This document shows, in pieces, positions 13,826 through 50,224 of a stretch of 64,000 bases of DNA. The notes beneath the pieces are model-generated. The model made no database searches, had not been told where the DNA came from, and was given only the letters and a program-made list of their open reading frames with translations. The DNA is from Salpingoeca rosetta (taxonomy: Eukaryota > Protista > Choanoflagellata), in assembly GCA_033442325.1 (NCBI GenBank), contig JAWQFM010000010.1, positions 1-64,000 on the forward strand, in the 5' to 3' direction. Each line of letters starts with the position of its first letter. The first letter of the stretch is position 1. The translations under genes were made by a program, and so were the position numbers.

Positions 13826-15135
13826 ACACACACAACCAACCACTCATCACCACCCACATACCATGTGCGAGGCGAGTGCAGCTGGCACGCGTGACAAGTA
13901 TCCTCGACATTCCCTCATCCTGCTGCCTGTGCGCATCACCTATAAATGTGGTTGTGTGCGAGCACCAGCATGGTGAGTGAGTGAGTGGGAGGGAAAGAGG
14001 GAGCAGTGACATGTGCGCAGCTACACTGCTGATGCCACTGCTGATGTTGTGCATGTATGTGTGTGAAGAAGAAAGGGAAGAGAGAGAAAACAGAAAACAG
14101 AAGGGGGCGAACAAGACATGCTGCACCCCATCCTTCCATCCATCCCTCTTCCTCACACCACCACACACCACCGTCCCCTGTCATCAGCCAGCCAGCCACA
14201 CCACACCACACCACACGACACTCACCCAGCATCCCCCACCCCACCTCATCCATCCATCCAACACACATCTCCTCTTGGTGTTCCCCTCTTCTTCTCGCCC
14301 TCACCTTGCTGCTACTGCTTCTTGCCGAAAATGCAACTTGTGCTGTCGCTACCTGTTCCCAGCTGCAAACAGCCAGCTTCCGCCAGCAGCAGTGGGCGAT
14401 GGGTTGGTTGGTTGGTTGGCTGGTTGGTTGGGGAATGTATTCAGCAGCAAGTGGTGGTGGTGGTGGTGCATTCTCTGCTGCTGCTGCATCGGCGGTGGAG
14501 GGTGTGGGCTGCTGCTGCTGCTGCTGCTGTTGTTGTTGTGATGGCCGTCAGGGAGGGCGAGAAAGAGAGGGAAAGATAAGCAGCGGCTGCAAGGTGGAGA
14601 ATGTGTAGGTGTGCATGCGGTTGTGTGTGTGTGTGAAAACACAAGAATGAGACAGCGCATCATGCAAGGCAATACAGGCAGCCACACCACACACATGCAT
14701 GCACATTGATGTGGGACAACAAGGGGAGACAGGAGCAGCAGAGACAGCGACCACAAAACACGCACACTGGTGCGGTGCGCAGCACACACGCACATGCTGC
14801 ACTCACGTTACTCATCGCTTGCTTGTGGTGTGGTGTGGTGTGAGTTGGTGCTGCTGTTTCCACAGCCGCACAAGTGTGGCTGGATGATCATCACATGGCA
14901 GCGCCCGTCTGTTCATCCCACCACAGCAGTGGTGGTTGGTGGAGGGGGAGGGGTGACAGCTGCTGGCTCAAGGGCCCTCTGTGCGGCGACAGCGGCAGAA
15001 GGAAGGAGAAACAAGGGAGGGAGGGAGGTGGTGTTGGTGTTGAGAGTGGGAATGGAAGGATGTGAGCAACGACACAAGAAAATGAGAGGTGGTGATGATG
15101 GCGTGTGGATGGGTGGAGAAGAGCACGTGCACGTC

Positions 15136-15207
<72 letters not shown>

Positions 15208-16508
15208 CAAACACACACACACCTGTCTGGGTGATGCAGTGGCTCGATCACCTTTCATTCGTCAGCATGAAGTCGTTGCTGGTTGGTTGGTGGGAGTTGC
15301 CCACTGCCTCACGCATCAGCCAGCACCTGGTGCTGCTGCTGCTGCTGCTCCTGCTGATGATGGAATACATCGACCTGCACGCACCACCACAAACAAGCAA
15401 GCAAGCAATACCAGCAGCAGTGAGCAGCATGTCACAGACAGAAAGGAGGGGACAGAAGGGGAGGAGGATGAGCAGAAACACAACCCCGTGCACACACACA
15501 CGCACACACATTGGCTGCGATGTTGGTTGATGTCATTTCCCCCTCCCTCATGTGTGTGCTGCTCACTGGTTGAGAGGTTGCATGATCCATTCTCAGGGTG
15601 GCCGCTGCATGACGGTGGCTGATGGCAGTTGTTCTGTCACCACACAACGGTGAGCAAGTTTGTGTGTGTGTGTGTGTGTGTGGGTGTGAGTGCATTTGTG
15701 TGTGCCACACGCAGTGGTGTGGGTTAATTGTGATCCATCCACCCATGCATGGATGGATGGATGGTGGTCTACCTGTGTGTGTGTGTGCACGATGACAGCG
15801 TACGCTGTGTTGTTGTTGTTGATGGTGGTGGTTGTTGTTGCTGTGCGCAGTGTGCAAGGAGAAGAAGGGGAAGAGGAGCACGGAGTGGGAGGAAAAAGTC
15901 TCACCTGTCGATGGATGGGTCATTCATGTGGTCGTTGGTTGGTCGGTTGGTTGGTTGTGCGTGGTTCATCACAGGAGGAGGAAATGCACAACGGTGGAAG
16001 GAAGGAAGGATGGATGGATGGGAGAAAGGGGAGAGACGGTGCGCACACCCTCCCTGCACATGTGTGCGTGTGTGTGTGTGTGTGCGTCAGCGAGGACGAC
16101 GAAGGGAAGGAAGGAAGGAAGAAAGGAAGGAAGGAAGGTGGCACGCACAACCCCCAATTTGTGTGTGTGCGTGTGCACGAACCAATGACACATCCCCACC
16201 TCACCTCACCTCACCTCACCTCATCTCAACTCGCCTCACCTGCCTGTCAGCAGCAGCGACGACGACCATGATCACCATCACCATTCCCACCACCATCACC
16301 ATCACACACACACCAGCTGCTGCGCAGAAGAAGAATGGAGCAACCGCGAGTGAATTGGTTGGTTGGTTGGTTGGAAAGCAGAATCGGTTGTTTCCTCGTT
16401 TCTGCTTGCTGCTGGTAGTTTTTTTTGTGTGTGCGGTTTTCCTCTTCCTCTTCTTGCTTGCTGCTTGCTGGCCCTGCCTTGATAAATGGCTTGTCTCTCT
16501 TCACTGTC

Positions 16509-16606
16509 GGCAACGTTCATACCAACGGGATCGCGGAAGCTAAGCCCGTTTGGGCCCGTTCAGTACTGCCGTGGGTGACCAGGCGGGAATCACGGGTGAT
16601 GTTGCT
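16509..16606 (+). rRNA. 5S: 5S rRNA gene variant or pseudogene with a 20-nt internal deletion
   Basis: GGCAACGTT pairs with GATGTTGCT (helix I). CATACC, CGGAAGCTAAGC, GGGCCC, AGTACT, TGGGTGACC and GGGAAT are conserved 5S signatures. 98 nt instead of ~118-120. Confidence 0.88.
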
Positions 16607-16615
16607 CTTTCTTCC

Positions 16616-16624
16616 TTTTTTTTT
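16616..16624 (+). terminator. RNA polymerase III terminator (T9)
   Basis: Oligo-T run 10 nt downstream of the 5S 3' end. Confidence 0.65.
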
Positions 16625-16847
16625 GTCATATGGCTGGCTGCTATGGTGGTGCTGTGGTTGCTGTGGTGCTGTCTCTCCTTCACTTCCCTCTTCTCTTCTC
16701 TCTTGTCTTAGTTTGGCTTGGTTCGGTTTACTTCTTCTTCTTCTTTGCTTGCTGACTTGCTTGCTTCCACTTCGTGGGGTGAAGAGGTGGTGGCGTGTGT
16801 TGGCTGATGCCCCCCTCTCTTGTTGCTTGTCTTCAGCGTTGCTTTGC

Positions 16848-16899
<52 letters not shown>

Positions 16900-16976
16900 C
16901 TCTCTCTCTCTCTCTCTCCCTCTGCCTGGCTGACATCGTGTCATCTCAACGCGTTTACTTCCATGCACTCGCACAC

Positions 16977-17014
<38 letters not shown>

Positions 17015-17044
17015 GCACACACACATACACGCACATTCACGGGA

Positions 17045-18110
17045 TTACTCTGCCGCATCGTCGTCTGCTGGTGTGACGGTGAGAGGTGTGTTGGCATCTG
17101 CGGCGTCCAGGAAGCGAGTTGTGTAGAAGGTCTCTTTCATGTATTCCGCCTTCACAGTGCGGCCATCAAAGAGGCGGCCGTTCATGGCCTGGTACGCCTG
17201 CGCAGAAGCAACGCTGTCCTTGAACTTGAGGAACACCTGGCCCTGTGGCGCCGTCTTGTCCACGAAGATGTGGAAGACGGGGCCGTACTTGGTTGACGCC
17301 TCAAGCACTTCGTCCCGCACGTCCTCATGCCAGTCAGGATCGGTTTCACTACCGCAGTCACCAGGAAGACATAAACCAGGTGAGGTCACGCAAATGCAAA
17401 GGCGAGAGATGGGTGCAGCCACGCCATGCATGATGAAACGCATAACGACATGGATGGAGCATTACAGGGCGGCACAGGCGAGAGCAACGACAGGAAACAA
17501 GGTTGGGCGGACACGTACGCTGCCGGGTCGAACATGTTGGACAGCTTGAGGAAATTGGTGGGCATCTGCGACACGCCACCAGGGAGGGATGGCTGCGGCT
17601 GCGTGGGCTGGGACATGGGCATTGGCGTGATTGCAGGGACCTGGCCTGGAACGCCCGGCGGGCGCATTGGCGGCGCAGGCATGAGCGGTGCCATCATCGG
17701 CAGCGGTGGCCGCGAAATCGGCGGCACCACAGCTGGCACTGCAGGGGCTGTGTGCGTGTGCGCGCGCGCGCGTGTGTGAGTGCACGTGTGTGTGAGTGCA
17801 TGTGTGCGTGAATGCATGTATGTGTGAACGTGCGAGTGCTTGATGCAGGGTGAAAACGAGCGCACATAAAAAGAAGCATACCGCCACAAGCCATACACAC
17901 GCAACGCACCCTGGCCAAGAGGCATTGACATATTTGGCCTGAAGTTTGGTCGGTTTGGTTGTGGCAAAGGCAGATTCGGCTTGGGCTGCGTGTCCAAATT
18001 CACCTGGTTGTTACCCGAGAAAATGTGTATGTTATTGTCAAAGGAGCACACACACACACACACATTTCCACACACACACACACACATTTCCACACACACA
18101 CACACTATTT

Positions 18111-18161
<51 letters not shown>

Positions 18162-20624
18162 TACACACACTGCTGACCTGGCTCGCGAGCTGCGGGGAGG
18201 CGTCCACGGCGAGCGTGACCTTGAGCACCTTGTCGTCAATGGCCTGGCCGTTCATGCCCGTGACAGCCTCCTTAGCGTCTTTTGCAAAGCCAAACACGAC
18301 GTAACCGTACCCAAGGGGCCGCCCAAACTGATCCTTTGTCAGCACACCCTTCTTCACCTGGAGAGCATGGCACCGCAAGCCACCACCAAGCGCGCGCATC
18401 CGTGAAGATTGGCCATTGGCGTGAGGTTGAGAAAGCACGGCAGCAGGGGCATTTCAAGCCTGCACCCATGCGCTGACGCAAAGCAAACGAGCAACACAAC
18501 CGGGGGGGGGAGGTGTGACATACTCTGCCGAAGCGAGCAAACAGCTTCTCCAGGGCCTCCTCGTCTTCAATCTTTTCCGGCAAGTTCTCGACGATGACGC
18601 GTGTCCTGGCCAGCTGCTCCTGCTTCGCCTTTTCAGCAGCTTGCCTGCAGACACACACACACACACATGCAGACACACACACACACACATGCAGACACAT
18701 ACACACATCCATTCGCATGCACAGAAGATGGTGAAGGCGGGCGGTGTGTTTTGGGGGGGGGGCAGGGGCAGGAGCGCATGGGGTCATGCTGACATGTTCA
18801 GCCAATATCGCTCGGGTGGTGAGCGCGATGGGCGGCGGAAGAGAAAGGAATGGTGAACAAGGCTGCAACAGCGGTGTGCACACGGTGCAACACGCGCATC
18901 GCTCTCTGTAGAAACGCAAAGAAGGGCCCGAAGAGCACATGTTTCCATATCAACACCTCAAAGACCACTTCACTCGTTCAGCGCATGCACAGCAGTGGTG
19001 TTGTTTGTTGTTTGTTGTTGTTGTTGGGAGGTGGAGCAGGAGCAAAGCAGGGACAGCACAGGAGCGGGCACCTGTTACGCTCTGCCATGGTTGGCATGAC
19101 AACAAGCGGGGCGCCCTTGAGCCGCTGTCCGGTCAGGGACAGCGCGACGGTGACAGAGGACTCGTCCTCAAACTCGGCATAGGCGATGCCCTTGGAGCGG
19201 CCCGTGTTGCGGTCGCGAACAATGCGGCACGACACAAGCTGCAATGGGGTTGCAAGGCCGCGAAGAGACCGCGGGGGGGCAGAGGAGAAGGCAGGACGAA
19301 GGGAAGAAGAAGCAGGCAAACAACGATTGTCAATCAGAGTATTGACGTGCACGAAGCGGGTCACACACACACACACACAATCACGCGCGTGTGGGTCAAA
19401 CTGAAGAGCATACCTTGCCGGCCTTTTCCTCAAGGAATTGGCCGAGGTCTTCAGCCGTGCACGTGCGATGCAGCTGTAGACACGTGACAGTGCGCGCATC
19501 CCGGTCCTGGCACAGCACAAAGAGGACATGCACACAATGTTGACGTTAAGCAAAACGGAAGCCTAGCTCGGGCCAGGGACACACCACGCGTATGCGCACG
19601 CAGACAGGCAGGCAGACAGACAGACAGACGCAGACAGACACACACACACAGACAGACAGACAGACAGACAGACACACACACACACACACACTAGCGCGCC
19701 ATGTCGACGTACAACGTTGGATGCGCCTGGGGACCTGTGTCGGCGTCCGGGAGAGCGGGAGCGCCGGTGGCGTCGGCGGTAATATGGTGGTGTGCGACGA
19801 CGGCGATAGCGAGGTGGAGTCCTGGAGCGGCGGCGGTAGCGGCGATGATGAGGGGATGGGCTGCGGGACCGCGACCGTGATGGAGTGCGACGGCGTCGGG
19901 GGCTGCGTGACCGCCGATGTCGCCGACCAGGGCTGCGGGTACGCCGGCGCTCAGGACTACGGGAACGTCGCCGTTCAATGCTGCGGGAGTGACGGCGTTC
20001 AGGGCTGCGGGAGCGGCGGCGGTCGCTGTTGTTATGCTCTTCAGCACGCTCACCTCGCTCATCCTCGCTGCATGCACAGAACGTGTAACGAAACGAACGT
20101 TCATGAGGACCAGGTGACGTGGAGCACACTGAACGGCGGTGACATTGCTCAATGTGTGCATGCATGTGTGTGTGTGTTTATGTGTTTGTGCGTGTGCTTA
20201 CGTGTTTGTATGTGGGCGTGTGCGTGTGTGTGCGTGTGTGTGCGTGCGAGTCCATGGTGGCGCATGGACCAAGCCCACACATGACGATGACGAGACGCAA
20301 GTAAGCCACGACAACATGTTACTCACAGGCGGTAACCAACTCACGTTTTCTGTGCAGGTGTTTCCGCCTTTGTGGATGAGCAAGGCCACCAAGAAGCAAG
20401 TGTTGGTTGTGAAACAAACGCAGGGCGTGAGCTGCGGTACACAGCTGGTACACGGCAGGTACACGGCAGGTACACGGCAAACAGCTTGCACTCATGGTCA
20501 TGGTCGACACACAGTCACACATACGCACGCACAGACGTCACAGATACAGATGCACACATGCTCACACATGGACACACACACACACACACACACACACAGA
20601 GGCACAGACACACGCACAGACACA

Positions 20625-20721
<97 letters not shown>

Positions 20722-20781
20722 CGTCTTCTTCTGCTTGAGGTCGCCGTCAAGCATGGCCTCCACTGCGTCCAAGTCTGCCAT
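17045..20781 (-). CDS. RBM39: RNA-binding protein 39 / CAPER-like splicing factor (RS, RRM, RRM, UHM)
   Basis: [14 protein letters not shown] repeats, [26 protein letters not shown]...PTMAERNR, second RRM GYGYVVF, then LKLSNMFDP|[15 protein letters not shown]...[15 protein letters not shown] (UHM). Confidence 0.93.
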
Positions 20782-20920
20782 GACGGCGTCGCGTTCGCTG
20801 CTGGCAAAGGCGTGTGAGGAGAAATGTATGATGTTTTGCACCAATTTTCCATCCAACCACAACCTGGAAGGCAGACAACCCAAACACAAGCACCACCTTC
20901 CCCAAGCCACACAAGCACAC

Positions 20921-25833
<4,913 letters not shown>

Positions 25834-26144
25834 TGGTGGCAGTAGCGGCTGCATTGACAGTGCGGGGGGGGGGGAGGTGCTCACAGGCTGTTACCTTTTT
25901 TTTTTTTTTTTTTTTTTTTGTGTGTGTTTGTGTGTGGTGAGTGTGGGTGTGGCGAGTCTTTCCTTCCGAATGTTTGTACGGCAATGCTTTTTGTTTCATG
26001 TGATGCCAGTTGTGTGGTGTTGTTGAGTCAATCAGTTTATTGACAATTACACGTGGTTGAACCGCACTCGCGGCCCTGTCCAGCCCAGCAATCCTATCAA
26101 ACACACACACACACACATATCCACATATCCACATGCCACATGTG

Positions 26145-26262
26145 CTATGCTGGCGGCAACATGTAGGATTGCTGCAGCTGCTGCTGGAGGGCGGGGACGG
26201 CGTTAGCGGCCATCGCCCCGCGCACCGAGCGGAAGAAGCGCTGGAACGTGTGCAGGTTGTGT
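26145..26262 (-). CDS. QTRT2: QTRT2 terminal exon, displaced and on the opposite strand
   Basis: cag|A CAC AAC CTG...: HNLHTFQRFFRSVRGAMAANAVPALQQQLQQSYMLPPA*, matching the TGT C-terminal HNxxxYxxFFxxIRxA. Its phase completes the CT|gt donor at 9341. Confidence 0.85.
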
Positions 26263-26382
26263 CTGAGGGAGAGAGGGAGCGGCGGGGTTGGGGTTGGGGG
26301 GCGTGTGAGGTCGTGTGAGGTGGAGGCACAGCGCTTGCTCCCTTGATTTCCTGACGACACCAACCTCCTCCCTCCCCCAACA

Positions 26383-26419
<37 letters not shown>

Positions 26420-26420
26420 A

Positions 26421-26498
<78 letters not shown>

Positions 26499-26583
26499 CG
26501 CGTGCACAAACATACAAACACGCGCGTATTGTCGTTTCTTTTGCCATTGTCCCCCCCCCCCACTCCCGCTCTTCCAATTGCAG

Positions 26584-27014
26584 GTGCCATACACGTCCGT
26601 CTCTGTGCGCGAGGGAAAGACTGCCATCAACAAGATTCGGTGCGCTTTGCCCGCCCTTGCTTCGCACTTGTTGTTCATGCGTGCTGACGTGTGATGGTTT
26701 GTTCTTTGACCTCAGCGCAAACACCGACATCGCAAACAAGTCCACACATCCCTTCGACTGGCCTTGACCATATCTCACGTCCCACCCTCTCTCACCCCTC
26801 CCGCCCCTCTCACCTCCCGCCCCTCTCCCCTCACACACCGTGGCAGCTGGAACCATGCGGGTAACATGATTGCTGCCGGCGACGCCGACGGATACGTCTC
26901 CGTCTACGACCTGCGCGAGGTGCGCAGCCTTTTCTCTGCTCGTGCCTTCGTGTCTGTGTGTGTGTGTGTGTCTTTGTCTCTGTGTGTGTGTGTCTATGTG
27001 TCTGTGTCTGTGTG

Positions 27015-27056
<42 letters not shown>

Positions 27057-27283
27057 TGTGTGTGTCTGCTTTTGCCCGTATTGTATTCGTGACGTTGTTG
27101 TGTTCGTCGCTTCAAGACACCCTCCTCCCCCGTCTCTCCTCACTCGAATCACACGCCCACACGTTCACCCAATCACCATTGCAGCGTCTGAGTGCGCCCA
27201 GCAACGATGCCAGCTTGCAGCTGCGGGATGTCCTGGCAGATATGCAGGCCAACCAGTCAGAAGCCGAGCGCCAGGCCCCATGA
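26584..27283 (+). CDS. DYNC1I: Cytoplasmic dynein 1 intermediate chain, last three exons
   Basis: VPYTSVSVREGKTAINKIR|WNHAGNMIAAGDADGYVSVYDLRE|RLSAPSNDASLQLRDVLADMQANQSEAERQAP*: last WD40 repeat plus terminal helix. Confidence 0.85.
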
Positions 27284-27646
27284 ACTCAAGTCGCTCTTCC
27301 TTCCCTTCCCCTTGTGTTCCTTGCCACGTATCCCATCGTCCTTGTTGTTCGTGTGCATGTATTGTCATGTTGTTTTTGCTCCGCCGTCGCATCTCTCCTT
27401 GTCTTGTCGTGTCAGCCGTGTTCCCCCCAACATAACACAACACACCACACCAATCCACAGCCATGCATGCATGAGTACATTGCTGCGCTTGCTGCAGCTG
27501 CCTCGCTTGTTGTGTGTCTTCATTACAGAATTTTACTGTAAATCTTGCACCAATTGTCCACCCGCATGTTGTCTTTTTCGCTCTCTCTCTTGCTCTGCAC
27601 ACACACACGACCGACCTTGCACAAAGAACCCAAGACCACCACCGCA

Positions 27647-32340
<4,694 letters not shown>

Positions 32341-32663
32341 CTGCGTATCACACTTGACACACACCACACAAACACAATCACAAACACAAACCTCACACCA
32401 CACACACACAAGTCTAGTTCCAGACGTTCCTTTGACAAGACACTTTGTTGGTCCTCGTTGCTCCTCCGTTCCTTATTGTCCCCATGACCCAGAAGAAGAA
32501 CAAGGAAGGAAGGAAGGAAGACAGTGGGGAAGGAAGACAGTTGTCGTGAGTGGGTGAGGGAGGGTAGACAATAGCGAAGGTGGGTGGTGTGCATGTGTGA
32601 CATGACACAACACAGAAAAAATAGGACAACAGCGAATTTCGCTCTTTTGTGCTGACGCGGACA

Positions 32664-41993
<9,330 letters not shown>

Positions 41994-42307
41994 CGTGCCG
42001 CGCGCACGATTGATTGCACAATGACATATTTCGACAACCCTACGTTTTCCAGACCCCTTCAACTGGCCGCTCTCCTCGGCTGAACCCTCTGTCCAATTGT
42101 GATACTAGAAGATTGAACTTGATTCTGATGCTGGTTTGAACACCACACACTAAACAACTTCAAAATGAACGAAACTATCAACTTCCGCTCAAGCATGAAC
42201 GCAGGGCAAGGCATCAAACACACACACACACACACACATACACACATACACACACACATACACACATACACACATACACACACACACATACACACACACA
42301 AAATTAC

Positions 42308-48305
<5,998 letters not shown>

Positions 48306-48689
48306 CACCGCAGGTTTGACTTTCCCCTTGCCGAGCCGCTGCTGCCCACTGTTCGCCCTTGCCTGTCTGCCTGCTGTGGTGGGTCTTCCACGTCAGCTGT
48401 TGTTGTCGTCGTTGTTGCTCTTGACACAGTGTGCAGTGTAGAGAAGTAGCGAATGATTTGTGATAATTTTCACGGCTTGGATGGTTGGCGACACCCCCAA
48501 CAAACAAAAATCCAAACACGCCACCCAGTCAAACGCACCCACCTCAAGCAAGCAAGCAACGGCTCGCTCGGTCAATCACACAACACCCAATCTTCCCGGC
48601 ACGGCATCGCCTTGCTGTATCGCCTTGCTTTGCTGTTTCGCAAGCCAGCACATCATCCAGGCCACTTGAGATAGCGGATGCATGCCACC

Positions 48690-50182
48690 ATGAGCGTGGT
48701 GCCATCCAAACGTCGTGAGCACCACCACGCCCACGCCCACGACGGCAGCCCAGACGCACGCGAAGTTTCGTTGGGACAACGCTCAACAACGCGTGAACGG
48801 TTGCCTCCTACGCTGGATGAGGATGCCGGAAGTCGCCGCCGCCGCCACAGTGCACGCAGGGACGAATCTGGCAGCGAGAGAGCTGGCAGGAAACAGGGTC
48901 GCCAAGGGAAACAACAGCAACACCAGCAGCAGCACCAGCAGCAGCGACACGTGGGTGGCTGGCGTCGCAGCACGTCGAAGCAGCATGCGGAGGTGGCCAA
49001 AGCCATCCACGAGCTGGAGCAGGGCTGGGACGCCTCCACGTTCCTCACCACCGAGCGCAGCATGACATCGATTACGCGCACCGATCCCGCGACTCGCCGC
49101 CCCCGTGCTGACCTGACAACAGCTGGACTGCCATCACCCTACGCGACTCCGGCCAAGGCCTCCCAGCGCTCTGTTTCAGCAAAGGGCCGCTCTGCCTCGC
49201 ACGACAGCCTGCGCATCGTCACCATGCTGGGCACGCCATCAGCGGCACTAACGTCAACGCCGCCCCGTCAGAGGAGCGTACAAAGCGCCACAACCCCGCG
49301 CACCCCAAATCGCATGCTCACACAGCGGCGCAGCTTGTCTGCCCGCCCCACAGTCCCCATCACAGCTCAGTGAGTACACACACCAGCAAGCAGACAGCGT
49401 TTTGTGTGCTTGCACACGCGTGTATGTGCAGGTGGCTGCGTGCGCGTGTTCTTACATGTACCTCTGCGTGCGTGCGTGCATGGGCGTTTGTGTTCCAGTC
49501 TCGTTGATGTCAACCACCACTCACTTTGGCCTCTTGTGGAAAAACACACGACGCTGCAGCATGAAACTGGAGTTTGTTGGCCGAACCCCGCACAATCACA
49601 GAGTAAGTGCTGCTGCTGCTGCTGTGCTGCTGCCGTTTCTGTAGCTTGCTAGACGGTTTTGATGGATTGCAAAGTCCTTAGCGGATTGGAAGTGCAATCC
49701 TTGTGTATGGTACAGCGCGCACAGGGTAATGTATGCGATTTTGTATGTCGTGGTGGTGGTAGGTATTGTACTCTGTTCAACAGCACCTGTCAACGAAGCG
49801 GCGCACCGTCCCTCTCTTCTGCGGCCTTGTCAAGGTCCGCGCGTGTGTGTGTGTGTGTATGTGTTTCTGTGTGTCTCTGTGTGTTTCTGTGTGTCTGCGT
49901 GTCTGTCTGTGTTTCTGTGTGTCTGTCTGTGTGTCTGTGTGTCTGTGTGCGTCACACCTCCTGTCCACCTGCCTTCCTTCCTTCCTGCCCGTACATCTCT
50001 GTACACTGCATTGCACTTATCAACATTGAATGCACAGCCATCTCACGTTTCTCTCTTTCCATTTTCTCCTCCTATCATCATGCTTGCATTTACACGTGAT
50101 CAGGCTGGTGATACTATGCGCTTGGATGTGGTGACGGGGGAGCCACGCCTCGTGCTCGTCGTAAGCACACACACACACACAC

Positions 50183-50224
<42 letters not shown>

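Noticed and set aside
10334-16300. C/D-box snoRNA candidates (RTGATGA on the minus strand)
   Set aside because: The motif is expected often in this GAT/GGT-rich sequence, and I found no convincing terminal stems or rRNA guides by eye.
26168-26255. Plus-strand AG...GT-bounded block upstream of the dynein IC 3' exons
   Set aside because: No dynein similarity in any frame; the minus strand encodes the QTRT2 C-terminus.
26716-26767. Possible in-frame poison exon (ANTDIANKSTHPFDWP*) in a dynein IC intron
   Set aside because: Only an AG and a short open frame; no independent support.
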